From Oscillospiraceae bacterium (GTDB lineage: Bacteria; Bacillota; Clostridia; Oscillospirales; CAG-272), in the NCBI GenBank assembly GCA_015064205.1, contig SVSR01000001.1, positions 151,382 to 215,381 on the forward strand: DNA of 64,000 bases, in the 5' to 3' direction. The notes below the pieces were generated by a model. It worked only from the letters and a program-made list of their open reading frames with translations, made no database searches and was not told the origin of the DNA. A program made the translations under genes and the position numbers. Position 1 is the stretch's first letter, and every line of letters begins with the position of its first letter. Below, one piece after another: positions 20,946 to 30,252 of the stretch.

Positions 20946-21215
20946 TCAGATGCGGTGCATCGAGTTGAAAATATCTTCGTGCATAGTCTGAATTACAAGT
21001 CCCTTGGCCGTACCGTGTTCTTTCATTTTATCAACAAATTCCGTAAAGGGCATGTTAAGAGATGTAATATCAACGAGCATGATCATTGCAAAATAATCAC
21101 GCATAACGCTTTGAGATATATCAACTATGTTTGCTCCGAACTTAGAGCAGATCGCCGATACGTCTGCGATGATACCGAGCGTGTCTTTACCTGTTACCGT
21201 TATAACTGCTTTCAT
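20946..21215 (-). CDS. ACT-domain protein (UPF0237)
   Basis: [17 protein letters not shown]...[11 protein letters not shown]. Usual partner of UPF0210. Confidence 0.9.
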   Translation of the reverse strand: MKAVITVTGKDTLGIIADVSAICSKFGANIVDISQSVMRDYFAMIMLVDITSLNMPFTEFVDKMKEHGTAKGLVIQTMHEDIFNSMHRI

Positions 21216-21390
21216 GATTCTATCCTTCCTTTTCGCCAAAATACACAGTAATTATACTATATATGTTCAGATATTTCAAGGCTATTGTGAAAATAATAAC
21301 GGCTTTTTGAGAAAAAGTATTAAAAAACTTGTAATAATGATTATTGTATGATACAATGTATAATATATGAAATAAAAAACGGTGGTTGGT

Positions 21391-21933
21391 ATGAACGAGT
21401 ATTCAAACTATTTTGAGTATTGTGTAGAAGTAAAAAACGAAGGTGCGCTCAGACTTAAAAGATTTCTGCTTGTTTTGGCGTATATTCTTTTTCCCGTTGT
21501 GCTTTTTTCGCTTCTTTGTATGCTGAGGCTGTACGTGCTCGGATGCTTCACGGTGCTATTGACTGCTATACTCTGCTTTTTCACCTGGCGATACGTTCAG
21601 ATAGAATACGAGTATATCGTAGTGAAAGGCGAGATGAGCTTTTCTAAAATATTCGGCAGGCGTTCAAGACGCGAATTCTTGAAGGTGAGAATACATGATA
21701 TGTCGATGCTGGCACCTTATAAAGATGCATATAAATCACGTGCGGACTCGATCGACAAGAAGTATTATGCAGTTTCTTCAATTAAATCACCCGATATCTA
21801 CGCGGCAATATTCAAAGAGGGAAAGAAGAATGAGCAGGCAGTGGTGCTTTTTGAAGCAACCTCAAAATTTGTGCGCCTCGCTAAATTTTATAATTCCGCG
21901 ATAGTGGTTGAGAATCCCGAGCTAAGATACTGA
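21391..21933 (+). CDS. Membrane protein, DUF6106-like
   Basis: Two TM segments, then IEYEY...KIFGRRSRR. Confidence 0.6.
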   Translation: MNEYSNYFEYCVEVKNEGALRLKRFLLVLAYILFPVVLFSLLCMLRLYVLGCFTVLLTAILCFFTWRYVQIEYEYIVVKGEMSFSKIFGRRSRREFLKVRIHDMSMLAPYKDAYKSRADSIDKKYYAVSSIKSPDIYAAIFKEGKKNEQAVVLFEATSKFVRLAKFYNSAIVVENPELRY

Positions 21934-21997
21934 TTTGTCATAATGAGAGAGTACTTCAAATAAAATTATATAAGTGTAATTTTATCTGGAGGAAGGC

Positions 21998-22543
21998 ATG
22001 AAAAAATCTGTATTTTGCTTTTTTATAATAAACTTTCTTATAGTCATGATGCTTGTTTCCTGCCGTGCGCCCTTGCAGGCTGATAAGATGCTTGTTTACC
22101 AAAACGAAAGCGAGCATGACATTGTCCTCACGCTTGGCGAATATAAATACCCTATGCATTTAAGCTTTAGTGCAGGCCGTGAGAATGTACCGAGAGACGG
22201 CAGAGCCACTATGGCGGGCGGAGTTTTAGAGGGTGTTGAATTTGAAATGCAGTCGGGTGCACTTAAAATGCAGGTTGGCGAGCTTGAATACATGCTTGAT
22301 AAAAGCGACTGCGATTCGCTTTATGCTCTCTTTTCATCTTTTGCGATAAAAGAGGATGAGTTCAAAGGGGTTACCTCAGAAGAGGGAAGCGGTATTCTTG
22401 AAGCAAGATTTGACGGCTTGTATGAGTATACGTTGTTTTTGAACGAAAGCGATTATACTCCTGTAAAAATAATGGCAGAAACAGACGCAGGCTTATGTAC
22501 TGTGGAGTTTGAAAATAAAGAATCAAGTCAGAAGGCTGAGTAA
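21998..22543 (+). CDS. Hypothetical lipoprotein
   Basis: Hydrophobic leader ending in an LVSC lipobox. Stop abuts the alr start. Confidence 0.65.
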   Translation: MKKSVFCFFIINFLIVMMLVSCRAPLQADKMLVYQNESEHDIVLTLGEYKYPMHLSFSAGRENVPRDGRATMAGGVLEGVEFEMQSGALKMQVGELEYMLDKSDCDSLYALFSSFAIKEDEFKGVTSEEGSGILEARFDGLYEYTLFLNESDYTPVKIMAETDAGLCTVEFENKESSQKAE

Positions 22544-22544
22544 A

Positions 22545-23702
22545 ATGGAAAATATAATTGACGTATTAAACGGCGAGCTTGCCGGCAGAAGCCATAAGGT
22601 TTGGACAGAGATAAACCTTGCGGCTCTTGCGCGCAATTACAAAAGAATAGAAAAGCAAGTCTGCGCAAAAAACGCAGGCTGTGCCGTTATTCCCGTTATC
22701 AAGGCTGATGCATACGGGCACGGAGCGGCAAAAGCAATAGAAACTCTTACGCTTTGCGGTGCAAAGCTTTTTGCAGTATCTGCAGTTTCTGAAGCGTTAG
22801 AGCTAGCCAAAGTATGCCCTGAAGCCGATATATTGATACTCGGATATACCGACGCGCGCGATGTTGATCTTCTTCTTAAGTATGATCTGATACAGACGGT
22901 ATATTCTCCCGATTATGCAAGAGCATTAAACGAGGCTTGTAGCAGACTTGGCGGCGATCTTCGTGTACATATCAAGCTTGACTCGGGTATGAACAGACTC
23001 GGATTTGATACAAGGGATGCGGAAAAAACTGTGTCTGAGATAACACTCGTATCAAAGTATGAACACTTAAAATGCGAGGGTATATTTACTCACTTTGCGT
23101 GTGCTGACGAAAAAGAAAACGACATGACGTCACGCCAGATTTCTCTTTTTGAAAAAGTTGTCGGCATGCTTGAAGAAAGAGGCGTTTACTTCAATATAAA
23201 GCACGTATGCAACAGCGCTGGTATTCTCAGGGACGATGTACCCGTATACGATGCGGTCAGAGCAGGTATAATTCTATATGGGCTCGCACCTTCGTACGAT
23301 TTTGAAGATCCGTGTCTTGAAACGGTAATGACTTTAAAAGCGAGAGTAGCGCACGTTCATGAAGTGGAACCCGGAGAGAGCATCAGCTATGGGGCAAAAT
23401 TTGTTGCTGATAAGAAGATGAAGATAGCAACGCTTCCGATAGGATATGCCGACGGATTTATAAGAGCGTATGCGGCGGCCAGAGTGATGATAGGCGGCAA
23501 AAGCTGCCCTGTGGTCGGGCGCATATGCATGGATCAGTGCATGGTGGACGTAAGCGGTGTTGACGTGGGCCTTGGCGATGAAGCGGTGATCTTTGAAGAT
23601 AGCAGGCAGATAGAAGAGCTTGCAAGGCTTGCTGATACGATAGGCTATGAGGTATTGTGCCTTATAGGCAAGCGCGTACCGCGAGTTTATATTAATAAAT
23701 GA
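22545..23702 (+). CDS. alr: Alanine racemase
   Basis: VIKADAYGHG, HIKLDSGMNRLG, THFACAD, IGYADG and GRICMDQ motifs. ATG at 22545. Confidence 0.95.
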   Translation: MENIIDVLNGELAGRSHKVWTEINLAALARNYKRIEKQVCAKNAGCAVIPVIKADAYGHGAAKAIETLTLCGAKLFAVSAVSEALELAKVCPEADILILGYTDARDVDLLLKYDLIQTVYSPDYARALNEACSRLGGDLRVHIKLDSGMNRLGFDTRDAEKTVSEITLVSKYEHLKCEGIFTHFACADEKENDMTSRQISLFEKVVGMLEERGVYFNIKHVCNSAGILRDDVPVYDAVRAGIILYGLAPSYDFEDPCLETVMTLKARVAHVHEVEPGESISYGAKFVADKKMKIATLPIGYADGFIRAYAAARVMIGGKSCPVVGRICMDQCMVDVSGVDVGLGDEAVIFEDSRQIEELARLADTIGYEVLCLIGKRVPRVYINK

Positions 23703-23844
23703 GCAAGGGCAGGAAATACTTCTGCCTTTGCAAATAAAGGCAGGAGTATTCTCTTGCCTTTATTTGTAAAATGCGCTTGATTTTAGTGCTTGTATATGGT
23801 ATACTCTAACATGGATATAAAAAGTGAAAACGAAAGGGAAAATA

Positions 23845-25056
23845 ATGAAAGTTCTTGTTGTTAACGCAGGCAGCTCGTCGCTCAAATATCAGCTTTTTGA
23901 TACTTCAAACGGCGACGTTCTTGCAAAGGGTATATGCGAAAGAATAGGTATCGGCGGCGCTATTACGCATAAGGTACCGGGACGTGAAAATTACAGCGCT
24001 GAGATAGAAATGAAAAATCATACTGTTGCAACACGTATTCTCGTTGAAACGCTCTGCTCGCCCACTCTCGGTGTTATAAAATCTATGGACGAAATTGAAG
24101 CGGTAGGTCACAGAATCGTCCACGGCGGCGCTTACCTCAAGGAAAGCGTGCTTGTTGACGATGATGTTCTTGAAAAGCTCAAGGGTTGCCTTGATATAGC
24201 GCCTCTTCATACGGCGGCGCATCTTATGGGTATTCACGGCTGTATTGAAGCTATGCCCGGCAAGCCTCAGGTGCTTGTTATCGACACGGCGTTCCATTCA
24301 ACTATGCCGCCTGAAGCGTATACGTATCCGCTTCCTAAGGATATGTGCGAAAAGTATCATATCCGCCGCTACGGCTTCCACGGTACGTCTCACAGATATG
24401 TGTCAGGTGAGATGATAAAAATCCTCGGAAAGCCCGCGGAGGCAACAAAGATAATTACCTGCCATCTTGGTAACGGCTCGTCTATATCGGCTGTAAAGGG
24501 CGGTGAGGTTATCGACACAAGCATGGGATTTACACCCCTTGACGGCTTTATTATGGGTTCACGCTGCGGTTCGATCGACCCTGCCATTGTTCCGTTTATA
24601 ATGGAAAAAGAGGGGATGACACCCGATGAGATGAATAACTTTATGAATAAAAACTGCGGATTTTTGGGCGTATCGGGCGGACTTTCGAGCGACTGCCGCA
24701 ATCTCGGCGAGGCCATAGCGGAAGGAAACAGTGACGCAAAGCTTGCAATAGATATTCTCACCTATCAGATAAGAAAGTATATCGGTGCGTACTCTGCGGC
24801 TATGAACGGACTGGACGCGCTCGTGTTTACTGCAGGAATCGGTGAAAACCGTACAGAGATCAGACGTGACGCTTGTCAGAATATGGACTTCTTCGGAATC
24901 GTACTTGACGAAGAAAAGAACGAGGCAACCAAGCTTCAGGGCGATAACGTATGTATTTCTAAGCCTGAGTCAAAGGTTAAGGTATACGTTATACCCACAA
25001 ACGAGGAGCTTATGATCGCTCAGGATACAGAAAGAATAGTACAGGGACTTAAATAA
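23845..25056 (+). CDS. ackA: Acetate kinase
   Basis: VVNAGSSSLK, GHRIVHGG, RRYGFHGTSH, CHLGNGSS, TSMGFTPL and TNEEL motifs. Confidence 0.96.
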   Translation: MKVLVVNAGSSSLKYQLFDTSNGDVLAKGICERIGIGGAITHKVPGRENYSAEIEMKNHTVATRILVETLCSPTLGVIKSMDEIEAVGHRIVHGGAYLKESVLVDDDVLEKLKGCLDIAPLHTAAHLMGIHGCIEAMPGKPQVLVIDTAFHSTMPPEAYTYPLPKDMCEKYHIRRYGFHGTSHRYVSGEMIKILGKPAEATKIITCHLGNGSSISAVKGGEVIDTSMGFTPLDGFIMGSRCGSIDPAIVPFIMEKEGMTPDEMNNFMNKNCGFLGVSGGLSSDCRNLGEAIAEGNSDAKLAIDILTYQIRKYIGAYSAAMNGLDALVFTAGIGENRTEIRRDACQNMDFFGIVLDEEKNEATKLQGDNVCISKPESKVKVYVIPTNEELMIAQDTERIVQGLK

Positions 25057-25060
25057 CATT

Positions 25061-25090
25061 AAAAGCGAAGCGGTTACGCTTCGCTTTTTT
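25061..25090 (+). terminator. Intrinsic terminator after ackA
   Basis: AAAAGCGAAGCG/CGCTTCGCTTTT hairpin plus T run. Confidence 0.8.
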
Positions 25091-25161
25091 GTACGGTGCT
25101 TGAAATATTAACAAATAACGCGGTATAATATAGTCAAGTAAATATATTTAAGGATATACAA

Positions 25162-25980
25162 ATGAAAAAAATCGGAAGAATAAATATAATAATGCTCGTC
25201 CTGTCGGCGTTTGTGCTGATATGCTATCTGCCGTATTTTTGTCTTGTTGTTTTTAACGGCGAAGCGTTTACCTCTTGTTTGATTCCGTTTACGGTAGTGG
25301 TGGCGGCAAGTCTGCCCGCTCTGCTTTTTATAAAATACAGAGACAGGCTTAACCGCTTTTTCAAATCACTGCGCATCGTTTATATTTCGGGCATGTGCTT
25401 CTATTTTGTAACCTTCCTCATCTTTGGTACGTATATCGGTATATGCGCAAGCGTTGATGCCGATACTGCCGCAGAACAGTTTATTAAAACTGACGGAAGC
25501 GGTGAAGGGGATATAGTTCTCGTGTTCGGTTGCCGAACTTACGGCTATACGCCGAGCTGGCAGCTTAAGAGCAGACTCGATACGGCATATGAGCTTCTTG
25601 AGGCTTTACCCGACTCGGTATGCATTGTGTCGGGCGGAGAGGGTGTAAACGAGGGCGTTGCCGAGGCTTATTCTATGTGTGAGTATCTTGTCGCCCGCGG
25701 TATTGACCGAGAGCGCATATACACAGAGCCTGATTCAACAAATACCTATGAAAATATAGAGTTTTCAATGGCGCTTGCCGAAAAGAAGAACCTCAGGTAT
25801 GAGAGGGTAATAGGTGTGTCGTCAGATTTCCATTTACCAAGAGTCAAGTATTTGTTTGATTATTATGATGTATGGGCTGACGTTGTATCAGCGCCCTCAC
25901 GTGATTTCTGGCAGTTCTTTATGAGTATTGTCAGAGAGTATATGGCTTACGTTAAACTTTTTCTTGTCACAAGCTTTTAA
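25162..25980 (+). CDS. YdcF/DUF218 (ElyC/SanA-like) membrane protein
   Basis: Three TM segments, then VLVFG, IVSGG, E-S-NTYEN, SSDFHLPR and REY motifs. Confidence 0.85.
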   Translation: MKKIGRINIIMLVLSAFVLICYLPYFCLVVFNGEAFTSCLIPFTVVVAASLPALLFIKYRDRLNRFFKSLRIVYISGMCFYFVTFLIFGTYIGICASVDADTAAEQFIKTDGSGEGDIVLVFGCRTYGYTPSWQLKSRLDTAYELLEALPDSVCIVSGGEGVNEGVAEAYSMCEYLVARGIDRERIYTEPDSTNTYENIEFSMALAEKKNLRYERVIGVSSDFHLPRVKYLFDYYDVWADVVSAPSRDFWQFFMSIVREYMAYVKLFLVTSF

Positions 25981-26022
25981 GAAAACTAATATACTGTAAG
26001 AAAATATATCGGGGGGATATTT

Positions 26023-26739
26023 ATAAAAAAGCCGCTGATAATTCTTACACCGTCGCATGATGATGGCGAAGAGAAAACCTATTTGCGCTTTGCATACACC
26101 GATGCGATAATATCCGCAGGGGGGGTGCCGCTTGCAATCGGACTTTGCGAAAACGATGCGTACATATATGACACGTTAAGTGTTGCAGACGGACTGTTTC
26201 TGACGGGCGGTGACGATATTGCAACAGAGCTGTATGGTGAGAAGCGCACAGAAAAATGCGGTCCTGTTTCGCTTCTGCGCGACCGTTTTGAGATAAGAGC
26301 ACTTCATATTGCTATAAAGCTTGGTTTGCCCGTGCTTGGAGTATGCCGTGGCGCACAGGTTATGAATGTTGCGCTTGGCGGAACGCTTTATGAGGACATG
26401 AGCGGGCACAGACAGACCTTGCCGCGTCATCTGCCAAGCCACACGGTAACGGTATCGGGCGCGCTTGGCGGTATTTATCCGCAAACGGCAAAGGTCAACA
26501 GCTTTCATCATCAGGCAATAAATAACGTATCACCGAAGCTTGAAATATGCGCTGTAAGTGACGATGGATACACCGAGGCAGTATATATGCCGCACCATCC
26601 GTTTTTTGTGGGGGTACAATGGCATCCCGAGCATATGATAAAAAGTGATATAAGCGCGAAAAGACTGTTTCGCGAATTTATAAATGAATGTGTAAAGTAT
26701 AAAGGAGAAAAACAAAATGATCAAGGAGCTAGTACTTAA
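26023..26739 (+). CDS. Peptidase C26 / gamma-glutamyl-GABA hydrolase-like glutamine amidotransferase
   Basis: LTGGDD, LGVCRGAQ, VNSFHHQA and GVQWHPE motifs. Start extended to the in-frame ATA at 26023 after GGGGGA; the ORF track starts at TTG 26083. Confidence 0.85.
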   Translation: MKKPLIILTPSHDDGEEKTYLRFAYTDAIISAGGVPLAIGLCENDAYIYDTLSVADGLFLTGGDDIATELYGEKRTEKCGPVSLLRDRFEIRALHIAIKLGLPVLGVCRGAQVMNVALGGTLYEDMSGHRQTLPRHLPSHTVTVSGALGGIYPQTAKVNSFHHQAINNVSPKLEICAVSDDGYTEAVYMPHHPFFVGVQWHPEHMIKSDISAKRLFREFINECVKYKGEKQNDQGAST

Positions 26740-27298
26740 AAACAGAAGCTATCGAAGCTATGAAAGAAGCGTTAAAATTAAAAAAGACACGCTTGTTGAA
26801 CTTATCGATATTGCAAGAGTAACGCCTTCGGCGATGAATCTTCAGCCGCTTTTGTACGTGCCGCTGACAGAATCTTATGCAGACAAAATACTTCCTTATA
26901 CAAACTGGGCAAAGGCGCTCAAGAATATGACTCTTCCGCCTGATGGTAAGGGGCCCGGTGCATTTATACTTTTGTGTATTGATAAAGAGCGTACGCCTAA
27001 TCCTGCGCCCGTTATGCGCGATGTTGGAATAGTTGCTCAGACGATGCTTTTAGCGGCAACGGAAAAAGAACTTGGCGGTCTGATGATAGGAAGCTTTGAC
27101 GGGGAAAAGATAAAAGAAACGCTTGCACTTGATGATAATATTCAGGTACTTTTATGTGTTGCACTCGGAAAGCCTGATGAAAAGGTAGTGCTTGAAGAAA
27201 TGGATAAGGACGGCAACATTAATTATTACAGAGATGAAAACAACACCCACCACGTACCCAAGCGCAGACTTGAAGATATTATAATTGAAGTGAAATGA
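26717..27298 (+). CDS. Nitroreductase family protein
   Basis: NRSYRSY, PSAMNLQP, DVGIVAQTMLLAA, ALGKP and HHVPKR motifs. Confidence 0.88.
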   Translation: MIKELVLKNRSYRSYERSVKIKKDTLVELIDIARVTPSAMNLQPLLYVPLTESYADKILPYTNWAKALKNMTLPPDGKGPGAFILLCIDKERTPNPAPVMRDVGIVAQTMLLAATEKELGGLMIGSFDGEKIKETLALDDNIQVLLCVALGKPDEKVVLEEMDKDGNINYYRDENNTHHVPKRRLEDIIIEVK

Positions 27299-27377
27299 AA
27301 AAAAGTGCAGTTCAAACGAACTGCGCTTTTTACTATCAATTTGCAAATGTGTTTATTTAATAAAATTCAACGTGCCC

Positions 27378-27453
27378 GTAGGGCGGGGGTTTACTCCCAC
27401 CGATTGTTACGGATTTTGTTTATAAATGCGGCAGGAGCAAGCCCCTGCCCTAC
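27378..27453. repeat. Inverted pair of GTAG-type REP-like elements (REPIN-like)
   Basis: GTAGGGCGGGGGTTTACTCCCACCG (+, 27378-27402) and GTAGGGCAGGGGCTTGCTCCTGCCG (-, 27429-27453). Confidence 0.7.
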
Positions 27454-27459
27454 AAAAAT

Positions 27460-28071
27460 TTAATAATATCTTAAGCACGCAATGACTTTTCCAAGTACTA
27501 TAACCTCGTTTACAATGATAGGTTCCATCGTGCTGTTTTCGGGCTGAAGTCGAAAGTGACCGTTTTCTTTGTAGAATGTCTTAACTGTTGCTTCGTTATT
27601 GACGAGCGCCGCGATTATCTGTCCGTTTTCGGCATACTCGCACTTTTGAATAACGATTATATCACCGTCAAGTATACCTGCCTCAATCATACTTTCTCCT
27701 TTAACACGGAGAGCAAACAGGGAAGTGGGATCTGCGTGAATATTTGGTGAAACAAAATCAATGTACCCCTCTAAATTTTCTTCTGCAAGAATAGGCGAGC
27801 CTGCCGCTATCTGACCGAGAAGAGGAACCTTACCCTTGGGCATAGAAGCTTTATCGGAAGTATCGTTTTCAACCTTCAGCGCACGGCTTTTGTTTGATTC
27901 ACGGCGAATAAGCCCCTTTTCTTCAAGGCGCTCGAGATATGCGTGAACGGTGGACGTGCTTTTCCAGCCTAGAGCCGCAGAAATATCGCGTACGCTTGGG
28001 GCAAATCCTTCTGATTTGATTTTTTTGCTTATGAATTCATACAGCGCGCGTTCCTTATCAGTAAGCTTCAT
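27460..28071 (-). CDS. lexA: SOS repressor LexA
   Basis: PSVRDI...STSTVH winged helix, AAG cleavage site, GESM and TVK catalytic dyad. Confidence 0.96.
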   Translation of the reverse strand: MKLTDKERALYEFISKKIKSEGFAPSVRDISAALGWKSTSTVHAYLERLEEKGLIRRESNKSRALKVENDTSDKASMPKGKVPLLGQIAAGSPILAEENLEGYIDFVSPNIHADPTSLFALRVKGESMIEAGILDGDIIVIQKCEYAENGQIIAALVNNEATVKTFYKENGHFRLQPENSTMEPIIVNEVIVLGKVIACLRYY

Positions 28072-28098
28072 ATAAAACCTCCGCTAAAACAAACGTGG

Positions 28099-28112
28099 CG
28101 AACAAATGTTCG
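28099..28112. promoter_or_regulatory. LexA (Cheo/SOS) box upstream of lexA
   Basis: CGAACAAATGTTCG matches the Firmicute CGAAC-N4-GTTCG consensus. Confidence 0.88.
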
Positions 28113-28229
28113 TATCCGTTTATAGTATAACACCCGAGATGCCGTTTGTAAAGAGGCAACACACGTTTTTACATTTTGTTAACATTTACAAAGAGAAAAA
28201 CAAAGCCGCACTTATGCGGCTTTGTGCTA

Positions 28230-28829
28230 TCAGTCAGAAAAGAGCGAGAGTGTATATTCTCCCTTTAGTATCGCACATTTTCCGATGTCACGGTATTCTC
28301 CCTTTATCTTCATTGAACCTTTAGCTATGCCTTCAAATTTCATGTTGCATTTTTCCATAACTCGGCGGCTTGCTTCGTTTCCAACGATATATTTAGCCTC
28401 GATTCGGTGAAGCTCAATCTCGTTAAATCCAAAATCAAGTATGCGGCCAACCGCCTCGCAAGCGTAACCGTTGCCGGCGTATGCGGGATTTATAACGTAT
28501 CCTATCTCGGCAGAGTTATTTTCTGTATCAATAGTAGTAAAACCGCAGGTGCCTATCATTTTGTTTTCAGCTTTTAAGATAATTGCCCAGTCGTAAAAGT
28601 CACCGTCACGGTAACGCGTTTGTACGTAGTTTAAATACTGCTCTGTATAAGCAAGGCTTTCGTGAGGCGACCAAAGCAGGTATCTTGTAACTTCTTCAAG
28701 GCAGGAGTATTCATACATGTCACGCGCATCACTTTTGAGCATGCGCCTGAGTATGAGTCTGTCGCACTCCAAAGTGGGCATAGAAGAAAATATATTAAAA
28801 AGCTTATCGCGCTTTGTAAAAAATCTCAT
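28230..28829 (-). CDS. RimJ/RimL-type GNAT N-acetyltransferase
   Basis: RLILR, AEIGY, GNGYA and NEASRRVMEK motifs. ATG at 28829 after GGAGG. Confidence 0.88.
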   Translation of the reverse strand: MRFFTKRDKLFNIFSSMPTLECDRLILRRMLKSDARDMYEYSCLEEVTRYLLWSPHESLAYTEQYLNYVQTRYRDGDFYDWAIILKAENKMIGTCGFTTIDTENNSAEIGYVINPAYAGNGYACEAVGRILDFGFNEIELHRIEAKYIVGNEASRRVMEKCNMKFEGIAKGSMKIKGEYRDIGKCAILKGEYTLSLFSD

Positions 28830-29008
28830 ATTATGCCTCCTTTGTAAAGTTTTCAAACAATTATATTATACATATATTAAATAAAAATATCAATAGCAAA
28901 GTGAAAATAATTAAAAACGTTAAAAAAACACAATTTCTCATGAATTTTTCAAAAAAACTATTGCATTTTCCATAGAATTATGTTACAATAAAATCCGCAC
29001 GAATAAAA

Positions 29009-29083
29009 GGCCCGTTGGTCAAGCGGCTAAGACACCGCCCTCTCAAGGCGGAAACGGGGGTTCGATTCCCCCACGGGTCACCA
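29009..29083 (+). tRNA. tRNA-Glu (anticodon CTC)
   Basis: Cloverleaf GGCCCGT...ACGGGTC-A-CCA. Anticodon arm CCGCC-CTCTCAA-GGCGG, T-loop GGTTCGATTCC. Upstream TTGCAT-N17-TACAAT promoter. Confidence 0.96.
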
Positions 29084-29120
29084 AAACAAAAATCCTGTCG
29101 AAAGACGGGATTTTTGTTTT
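29084..29120 (+). terminator. Terminator after tRNA-Glu
   Basis: AAAACAAAAATCCTGTC-GAAA-GACGGGATTTTTGTTTT. Confidence 0.8.
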
Positions 29121-29373
29121 GTATTATTCAATATTCATTTTTTCGGCAGGATTTTTAATGAATAATGAATCATGAAGTCGCTTCGCTGATGAATAATTAA
29201 TAATTGATATATCTGTATGGCTCTGCCTTTATTATTGTTGTGAAATCCTATGAATTCTCCCTTATTTTGCAAGTGAAAAAAAGATTCCTTCATTATTGAA
29301 AAATGTATTTACAACCCCTTTTGGTTATGCTATAATTACCACGGTTTTAAATATAGCCGAAAGAGGTAGGAAG

Positions 29374-30213
29374 ATGAAAGACTTCAAAAACTTTCTTATT
29401 ATGAATTTAGGCTGTGTGGCACTTGCCATGGGCGTATACTTTTTTAAAATTCCAAACGGCTTTGCAACGGGCGGTGTTACCGGTATCGGTACTCTGCTTG
29501 CAAAGATAACTCCTCTTAGCGCCGGTATATGGATCTGGGGGCTCAATATTCTATTTTTGTTACTCGGATTTATATTCCTTGGCAAAAAGACGGGGATCAA
29601 GACTGTTTACTGCAGTATGTTTTATTCTGCGCTGACCTATCTTTTTGAAATTATCGTTCCTCTATCAAAGCCTTTGTCCGATCAGCCTTTTTTAGAGCTT
29701 GTTTACGCTATGCTTTTAACATCGATCGGTGCGGCGATGATATTTAACACGAATGGATCGTCGGGCGGCACTGATATCATTGCGCTGATCCTTAAAAAAT
29801 TTACCAACATAAACATTGGCAGAGCGTTGCTTGGCGTAGATTTTGTTGTTGCGGCAACTTCATTTATAATTTTTGACGTAAAGACCGGCCTGTTTTCGCT
29901 CCTCGGACTTTTCATGAAAGCTTTCCTGGTAGACGGCGTTATTGAAAGCCTTAATTCCTGCAAATATTTTGTTGTCATAACCACAGAAAGAGAGAAAATT
30001 TCAGATTTTATAATACAGACACTGCATCACGGAGTAACGGTAAGCAATGTTATCGGCGAATACACAAAAGAAGAAAAAACGATGATACATACCGTATGCA
30101 AAAGAATAGAGGCTGTAAAGCTTCGTAATAAAATAAGGCAGATAGACCCTCATGCGTTCATTATCATCACAACGAGCAGTGAGATAATCGGGCGCGGTTT
30201 CAGAAGCGTATGA
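29374..30213 (+). CDS. YitT-family membrane protein
   Basis: TGGVTGI and SSGGTDII motifs, C-terminal DPHAFI...IIGRGF (DUF2179-like). ATG after GAGG. Confidence 0.88.
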   Translation: MKDFKNFLIMNLGCVALAMGVYFFKIPNGFATGGVTGIGTLLAKITPLSAGIWIWGLNILFLLLGFIFLGKKTGIKTVYCSMFYSALTYLFEIIVPLSKPLSDQPFLELVYAMLLTSIGAAMIFNTNGSSGGTDIIALILKKFTNINIGRALLGVDFVVAATSFIIFDVKTGLFSLLGLFMKAFLVDGVIESLNSCKYFVVITTEREKISDFIIQTLHHGVTVSNVIGEYTKEEKTMIHTVCKRIEAVKLRNKIRQIDPHAFIIITTSSEIIGRGFRSV

Positions 30214-30214
30214 T

Positions 30215-30251
30215 AAAAGCCTTAAGCACTAATGTTGTGCTTAAGGCTTTT
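30215..30251. terminator. Bidirectional terminator
   Basis: AAAAGCCTTAAGCAC/GTGCTTAAGGCTTTT between convergent genes. Confidence 0.8.
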
Positions 30252-30252
30252 C

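Noticed and set aside
29009-30213. Integrated element at tRNA-Glu
   Set aside because: No integrase and no duplicated tRNA 3' end seen in the window.
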